Below are positions 58,690-64,000 of a DNA stretch of 64,000 bases, piece after piece. Each line of letters begins with the position of its first letter. Within the stretch, counting starts at the first letter, position 1. A program made the position numbers and the translations under genes. The notes beneath the pieces were generated by a model, which had not been told where the DNA came from, made no database searches, and saw only the letters and a program-made list of their open reading frames with translations. The DNA comes from Spirochaetia bacterium (GTDB lineage: Bacteria; Spirochaetota; Spirochaetia; SZUA-6; Bin103): NCBI GenBank assembly GCA_965208575.1, contig CBDBOV010000004.1:128001-192000 (forward strand), written 5' to 3'.

Positions 58690-58971
58690 TTGGCTCTCGA
58701 TTCCCAGGAAGTTAGCGACATCATCACCAGGTTCGGCGCCGACGACAAGGAGCCCGGACGCGACACCGGGCGTACCGAGGTGCAGATCGCACTGCTGACC
58801 AGACGGATTCAGCAGTTGACCGAGCACTTTCGCGATCATCGGAAGGACCATGCGTCGCGGCGCGGTCTGTTGAAGATGGTCGGCAAGCGCCGTCGGCTGC
58901 TGCGCTATCTGCGCAACGCCAGCCCGGAGCGCTACCGCGCCACGCTGGCCGCGCTCGGACTGCGTCGCTGA
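58690..58971 (+). CDS. rpsO: 30S ribosomal protein S15
   Basis: [38 protein letters not shown]; TTG start. Confidence 0.97.
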   Translation: MALDSQEVSDIITRFGADDKEPGRDTGRTEVQIALLTRRIQQLTEHFRDHRKDHASRRGLLKMVGKRRRLLRYLRNASPERYRATLAALGLRR

Positions 58972-59011
58972 ACGCGTCCGTCCGAACGAAACACACAAGG
59001 AAATACCAGGA

Positions 59012-61324
59012 ATGTCACACAGAGTACGCTGCCAGCTCGGCGGCGAGGAACTGATATTGGAAACCGGTCGTCTGGCCAAGCAGGCCAACGGGTCGGTATA
59101 TGCGGAGTACGCCGGATCTGCCGTGCTGGCCACGGTGTGTTGCTCCGCGAAGACCATCGAGGGGCTCGACTACGTGCCGCTGCAGGTGGAGTACAACGAG
59201 AAGGCGTACGCCGCCGGCAAGATCCCCGGCTCGATCTTCAAGCGCGAGGGCCGTCCCAAGGATCGAGAGATCCTGGTGTCGCGGCTCATCGACCGCCCGC
59301 TGCGGCCCCTGTTCAGCAAGGCGTTCAAGCGGGACATACAGGTCGTGCCGACGGTGATTTCGGCCGATCAGGTGAACCCGCCCGATGTCGTGGCGATGGT
59401 TGCCGCGTCCGCGGCGGTCACCGTGTCGGACATCCCGTTCGACGGACCGGTTGGAGCGGTTCGCGTCGCCGACGTGAACGGTGAGCTGGTCGTGAATCCC
59501 ACGTACGAACAGCGTGACGGAGCCGGCCTGGAGATCGTGGTGGCGGGTACCGAAACCGGCATCACCATGGTCGAGGGCGGTGCTGATGAGGCTTCCGAGG
59601 AGCGCATGATCGAGGCGATCAGCCTGGCGCATCAGCATATCCGGGAGCTGTGCTCGCTGCAGTCGGAACTCGCTTCGGCTGTCGGCCGCGCCAAGCTGCC
59701 ACTGCCGCCCGCGGAGACGCCCCTTGCCGTGCACGACGAGCTGTGGGCGTGGGCGCTTCCCAAGATGCAGGAAGCGTGTTTCGTGAAGGGCAAGTTCGAG
59801 CGGTCGAGCGCGATCAAGGAAGTGAGCGGCGCCGCGTTGGCCGAGTTTGCCGACCGCATCGCGGACGACGAAACCGAGCGTGCGCACGGTCTGCTGGAGG
59901 ATCTGGAGACGCACGTGGTGCGCGAGTCGATTCTGGACAAGCAGGTGCGCACCGACGGTCGCGGTCCGGACGACATCCGCCCGATCAGCTGCGAGATCGA
60001 TGTGCTGCCGCGGGCGCACGGGGCGGCCCTGTTCACCCGCGGCGAGACGCAGGCGCTTGCCCTCACCACCTTGGGCAGCGAGAGCGACGAACTACGCGTA
60101 CTGGACGCGCTGGAGACCGACCAGGACACCCGCAAGGGCTTCATGCTGCACTACAACTTCCCGCCGTTCTCGGTCGGTGAGACCGGCCGCCTCGGAACCG
60201 GACGTCGGGAGGTGGGACACGGTCACCTGGCCGAGCGCGCGCTCGAGGGGATGATCCCCGCCAAGGAAGAGTTCCCGTACACGATCCGGCTGGTCTCCGA
60301 AATCCTGGAGTCCAACGGCTCCTCGTCGATGGCATCGGTGTGCGGAGGGACGCTCAGTCTGCTCAACGCCGGCGTGCCGATCAAGAAGTCGGTGGCCGGC
60401 ATCGCGATGGGACTGGTAACCGACGGCTCCCGTCACGTGGTGATAAGCGACATCCTCGGCGAGGAAGATCACCTCGGGGACATGGACTTCAAGGTCGCCG
60501 GCACCACCGACGGCATCACCGCGTTCCAGATGGACATCAAGGTCGCCGGGGTGGACCAATCGGTGCTCGCGCAGGCGTTGGACAAGGCGCGCTCCGGACG
60601 CCTGCAGATACTCAAGATCATGGCGGCCACGATCGACTCGCCGCGCGACGACATCTCCGACCACGCTCCCAAGATCATGTCCACGTCCATCCCGGAGGAC
60701 AAGATCGGCGCGCTGATCGGCCCCGGCGGCGCCAACATCCGCTCGATCACGGAGCAGAGCGGCGCTGACGTGAACATTCGCGACGACGGCACGGTAATGA
60801 TCTACGCGCGGCGCAAGCCGGCCGCCGACAAGGCGCTGCAGTTGATCGAAGCCTCCGTTGAAGAACCCGAAGTCGGCAAGGACTACGATGGCGTCGTGAA
60901 GCGCATCATGGACTTCGGCGCGTTCGTGGAGTTCCTCCCCGGCAAGGAGGGCCTGCTGCACATCTCCAAGATCTCGCGCGAACACGTGGAGTCGGTGTCC
61001 GACGTGCTCGAGCTCGGCCAGGAGGTGAAGGTGCGGCTGATCGAGATCGATCGGCTCGGCCGCGCCAACCTGGCGAATGCGGAAGCGTTCGACAGCGACG
61101 AGATGCCGGTCGGCCGGTTCGCCGATTCGCGTCCGTCGCTCGCCAGCCGCCGCGACGGCGGGCGTTCGCACGACGGCCGCCCGCACCGTGACGGGGGCCG
61201 CCGCGACGGCGGCCGCGGGCGCGACGGTGCGCGCCGTGACGGCGGCCGCGGGCGGCCGCGGTTCGACCGGCCGCGCGGGCCGCGCCGCGGACGCGACACC
61301 GACTACCGCCGGAGCGAGGATTGA
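59012..61324 (+). CDS. pnp: Polyribonucleotide nucleotidyltransferase
   Basis: ETGRLAKQA, RLIDRPLRP, FTRGETQ, SNGSSSMASVCG, GDMDFKVAG; KH and S1 domains; RDGGR tail. Confidence 0.98.
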   Translation: MSHRVRCQLGGEELILETGRLAKQANGSVYAEYAGSAVLATVCCSAKTIEGLDYVPLQVEYNEKAYAAGKIPGSIFKREGRPKDREILVSRLIDRPLRPLFSKAFKRDIQVVPTVISADQVNPPDVVAMVAASAAVTVSDIPFDGPVGAVRVADVNGELVVNPTYEQRDGAGLEIVVAGTETGITMVEGGADEASEERMIEAISLAHQHIRELCSLQSELASAVGRAKLPLPPAETPLAVHDELWAWALPKMQEACFVKGKFERSSAIKEVSGAALAEFADRIADDETERAHGLLEDLETHVVRESILDKQVRTDGRGPDDIRPISCEIDVLPRAHGAALFTRGETQALALTTLGSESDELRVLDALETDQDTRKGFMLHYNFPPFSVGETGRLGTGRREVGHGHLAERALEGMIPAKEEFPYTIRLVSEILESNGSSSMASVCGGTLSLLNAGVPIKKSVAGIAMGLVTDGSRHVVISDILGEEDHLGDMDFKVAGTTDGITAFQMDIKVAGVDQSVLAQALDKARSGRLQILKIMAATIDSPRDDISDHAPKIMSTSIPEDKIGALIGPGGANIRSITEQSGADVNIRDDGTVMIYARRKPAADKALQLIEASVEEPEVGKDYDGVVKRIMDFGAFVEFLPGKEGLLHISKISREHVESVSDVLELGQEVKVRLIEIDRLGRANLANAEAFDSDEMPVGRFADSRPSLASRRDGGRSHDGRPHRDGGRRDGGRGRDGARRDGGRGRPRFDRPRGPRRGRDTDYRRSED

Positions 61325-62580
61325 TCGAGCGGGGGACGCTCGCCAACGGCGTCACCCTGCTGTGCGAGCCGGTGGAGAGCACGGAGACGTGCGCCGTCGG
61401 CTTCTGGTTTCCTACCGGTTCGCGCGATGAGCGGCGCCATGAACGCGGGCTTTCGCACTTCCTTGAGCACATGCTGTTCAAGGGCACCGAGCGCCGTTCG
61501 GCCCTGGATATCGCCGTGCAGATCGATCGCGTGGGCGGCAACATCAACGCGTTCACCGACCGCGAGTCGACCTGCTTTTTCTGTACGCTTCCCGCCGCGC
61601 ACGCCGGTCTGGCGGTGGACGTGCTGTGCGACATGGTCAGATCGGCTACCCTGGCCGAGGCGGACATTCAGAAAGAGAAGGTGGTGGTGTGCAATGAGAT
61701 CCGCGCTGCCGACGACTCTCCGGAAGAGCAGGGCTACCAGATGTTCCTGGAGCGAATGTGGGGAACGCATCCTCTCGCGGCCACGGTCGCCGGCATGGAA
61801 CAGGACGTGGCGCGCATCGAAAGGGACGGTCTCGAGGCCTTCTACCGGCACCGGTATCACCCGGGCAATCTGGTGGTAACCGCCGCCGGCAACCTGGACT
61901 TCGATGCCGTGGCGGCGATAGTGAACGAGCGGCTCAGTACAGGCGGCGAACCGGTCGCCGCCGGGAAGCGCGTGCCGCCGGCGCAGCATCGTACCCAGGA
62001 TTACGCCGACAGTCCCTTCCAGCAGGCTCAGATCTACGCCGCTACCACGCTGGCGCCGCCAGCGGCGCCTGCCAACTACTACGCGCTCCTCGTGCTGTCC
62101 ACCGCGTTCGGCGAGTCGATGAGTTCCCGCCTGTTCCAGCGCATCCGCGAGGATGCGGGGCTGTGCTACTCGGTGGAGACGTTTCGCAGTCACTACTCGG
62201 ACGTGTGGAAGTGGGGAATCTACGCCAACGCGCTGCCCGAACTCGCCCCGCGGCTGCTTGCCGCCCTGAACCGGGAACTGCACCGGCTTGCCGACCACCC
62301 GCCGTCGGCGAGCGAGGTGGACGACGCCATCAGTCACCTGACCGGGAGCATGGTGTTCGCCAAGGAGGACATGGAGACGCGCATGAAGCGCATCGCCGGA
62401 CAGTACCAACTGTTCGGAAGCGTCATGGAGTTGGAGCAGACGGCCGACCTGCTGCACTCCGTCACTGCCGAGGATGTCGCAGCGGTTGCGGCACGGTTGG
62501 TGCAGCCCGATCGCTTCAATCTCCTGGTGTACGGCGCGGGGGACTCGAACGGCTCGGGACGGGCAAGGTTCGACTGGTAG
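61321..62580 (+). CDS. M16-family zinc peptidase
   Basis: HFLEHMLFKGT, INAFT, SSRLFQRIRE. Confidence 0.93.
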   Translation: MIERGTLANGVTLLCEPVESTETCAVGFWFPTGSRDERRHERGLSHFLEHMLFKGTERRSALDIAVQIDRVGGNINAFTDRESTCFFCTLPAAHAGLAVDVLCDMVRSATLAEADIQKEKVVVCNEIRAADDSPEEQGYQMFLERMWGTHPLAATVAGMEQDVARIERDGLEAFYRHRYHPGNLVVTAAGNLDFDAVAAIVNERLSTGGEPVAAGKRVPPAQHRTQDYADSPFQQAQIYAATTLAPPAAPANYYALLVLSTAFGESMSSRLFQRIREDAGLCYSVETFRSHYSDVWKWGIYANALPELAPRLLAALNRELHRLADHPPSASEVDDAISHLTGSMVFAKEDMETRMKRIAGQYQLFGSVMELEQTADLLHSVTAEDVAAVAARLVQPDRFNLLVYGAGDSNGSGRARFDW

Positions 62581-62613
62581 GTTCCGCTGGCTGCCCGTTC
62601 GCACAGCCGCTCC

Positions 62614-64000
62614 GTGGGCCGTGCAGGCGTACCGGTACCCGGTCGCGCTCGCCCGCCGATCCAGGCCCGGCCACAGTTTGGGCCCGCCGGAGCGGCGGCG
62701 GCGCTCCTGGCGCTCCTGGGTGTCACGCTCGCCGGGGCGCAGTCGGCGGACGATCCGCTGCCGGCGGATCTGCTCGGCTCTGCCCGTTCCGCGTTCGCAC
62801 AGGGGGCGCACGACTCCGCGGCCGCCAGCCTGCGCCAACTGCGGCTGCTGTACCCCGCGTCGCCCCTGTTGGCGGAGTCGCTGGTGCTCGCCGCGCAGGT
62901 CGCCGAGACACAGGACAATCCGTTCCGCGAGCGGTTTCTCCTCACCGAAGCGCGGCAAGCGGTACGCGGACTCTCGGCATCCGGATTGCTGGCGGACGGC
63001 GAGGCGGTCGCACTGCGCCTGCGCATAGCGCAGCGGCTGGGCACGCTCCTGGAGCAGGAACGGGAGTACGAAGCGGCGCTGCGCAACTACGCGGAAGGTA
63101 TCGCCCTGTTGGGAGTGCGTGCCCGGTCGGCGGCGTCGCCGGCCGAGCGCCGGGACCTCGCTCACATGCGGCTGGCGGCAGCGCGCTTGAGCCACCGGTA
63201 CGGCGTCGGAGCCAGCGGCGATGCCGAACGATTCTTCGATCAGATAGACCCTGCGCAGCTCACCGGGGCAGCGATCGAAGCATACCGCGAGTTGGCTCGC
63301 GCCCTGATGTGGAGCTATCTCACGCCGCGCGAGCTTGGCTTGAACGATGCCAACATATCGGCGATCGCCACCGATGGCGACGACGTGTGGGTGGGAAGTT
63401 GGACCGGTGGTCTTGCTCGCTATACCCACTCCACCGGTCAGCGCACCGTGTTTCGCGACGGGCCGCGGTCGCTGCTGTCGTTGCGCGTGCGCGACATCGC
63501 GACGGTGGATGAATACATCTGGGTCGGCACCGACCGCGGACTGTCGGTGTACGCGCTCGCGAGCAGCCGCTGGCGCCACGAATTGACCCTGGGCGATGAG
63601 CACGAGCCGGTGGCGCTCGCGGCGATCGCCAGTATCGGCGACACGGTGTTTGCCGGCACGCTCGGGCAAGGGTTGTGGCGCGACGACGGCTCCGGCTGGC
63701 AGGCGATGGAAGGGGCGCTGCCGGGACAGTTCATCACGGCCTTGCAGGTGGTGGGCGATACGCTGTGGATCGGGACGATTGATCTCGGCCTGGTAGTTCT
63801 CGACCTGGCGAGCGGCGCCGTGCGCAGCTTCGATGAGATCAATTCCGGCCTCGGGCCGCGCAACGTCACCGCCATCGTGCCGGCCGCCGACGGCGCGCTG
63901 TGGGTCACCACCTTCGGTTCCGGCGTGTACCGGTGGCAGCCGGGCCCCAATCGCGTCACCCACTTCAGCGTCGCCAGCGGCGACCTTCCGGACGACTGGG
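62614..64000 (+). CDS. Exported TPR-like plus beta-propeller protein (partial, runs off the right edge)
   Basis: Frame open to the window end; signal peptide ALLALLGVTLAGAQ; repeats VWVGSWTGGL, IWVGTDRGL, LWIGTIDLGL, LWVTTFGSGV. Start uncertain. Confidence 0.75.
   Translation, partial: MGRAGVPVPGRARPPIQARPQFGPAGAAAALLALLGVTLAGAQSADDPLPADLLGSARSAFAQGAHDSAAASLRQLRLLYPASPLLAESLVLAAQVAETQDNPFRERFLLTEARQAVRGLSASGLLADGEAVALRLRIAQRLGTLLEQEREYEAALRNYAEGIALLGVRARSAASPAERRDLAHMRLAAARLSHRYGVGASGDAERFFDQIDPAQLTGAAIEAYRELARALMWSYLTPRELGLNDANISAIATDGDDVWVGSWTGGLARYTHSTGQRTVFRDGPRSLLSLRVRDIATVDEYIWVGTDRGLSVYALASSRWRHELTLGDEHEPVALAAIASIGDTVFAGTLGQGLWRDDGSGWQAMEGALPGQFITALQVVGDTLWIGTIDLGLVVLDLASGAVRSFDEINSGLGPRNVTAIVPAADGALWVTTFGSGVYRWQPGPNRVTHFSVASGDLPDDW

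Noticed and set aside
61140-61320. RDGGR repeats in pnp (and the Pro/Arg N-terminus of infB) as novel repeats
   Set aside because: Low-complexity tails like these are common in PNPase and IF-2.
62578-62613. TAG readthrough fusing the M16 peptidase to the next in-frame gene
   Set aside because: The downstream gene has its own signal peptide and candidate start; sharing a frame is a one-in-three coincidence.
61303-63963. Long antisense or alternate-frame ORFs (also 28459-30834, 39483-41651, 20406-22079)
   Set aside because: Shadow ORFs of real genes in very GC-rich DNA, with no recognisable motifs.

Overview
The window has two parts. Positions ~1-24,940 are an accessory island just downstream of the 3' end of the tmRNA gene (ssrA, 24944-25291, minus strand). 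It holds about 13 complete, nested, truncated or internally deleted IS elements (IS1634, IS1595, ISKra4/ISLre2-like UPF0236, IS110, ISNCY-like, IS5/IS1182-like). Between them are small cargo genes: coiled-coil and membrane proteins, a DUF4041/T5orf172 protein and AlpA. Positions ~25,300-64,000 are intact, very GC-rich core genome: smpB, lepB, hemW, yebC-ruvCAB-queA, tmk, exbB-exbD-tonB-tamB-bamA-skp-yqgF-mutS-comF, and rimP-nusA-infB-rbfA-truB-ribF-rpsO-pnp. This gene order suggests a Spirochaetota bacterium (inference). The most notable unexplained signals are: (1) a promoter plus ~190-nt highly structured RNA leader at 22359-22581, whose promoter geometry and 5' stem recur at 1-65; (2) two Mutator-like IS copies sitting at an identical distance and orientation from sigma70 -35 boxes; (3) IS1595 elements repeatedly paired with convergent cargo operons containing a small coiled-coil gene; (4) a possible type I toxin-antitoxin pair; (5) an IS110 left end that probably encodes a bridge RNA. 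All calls come from reading the sequence; no database searches or folding programs were run.
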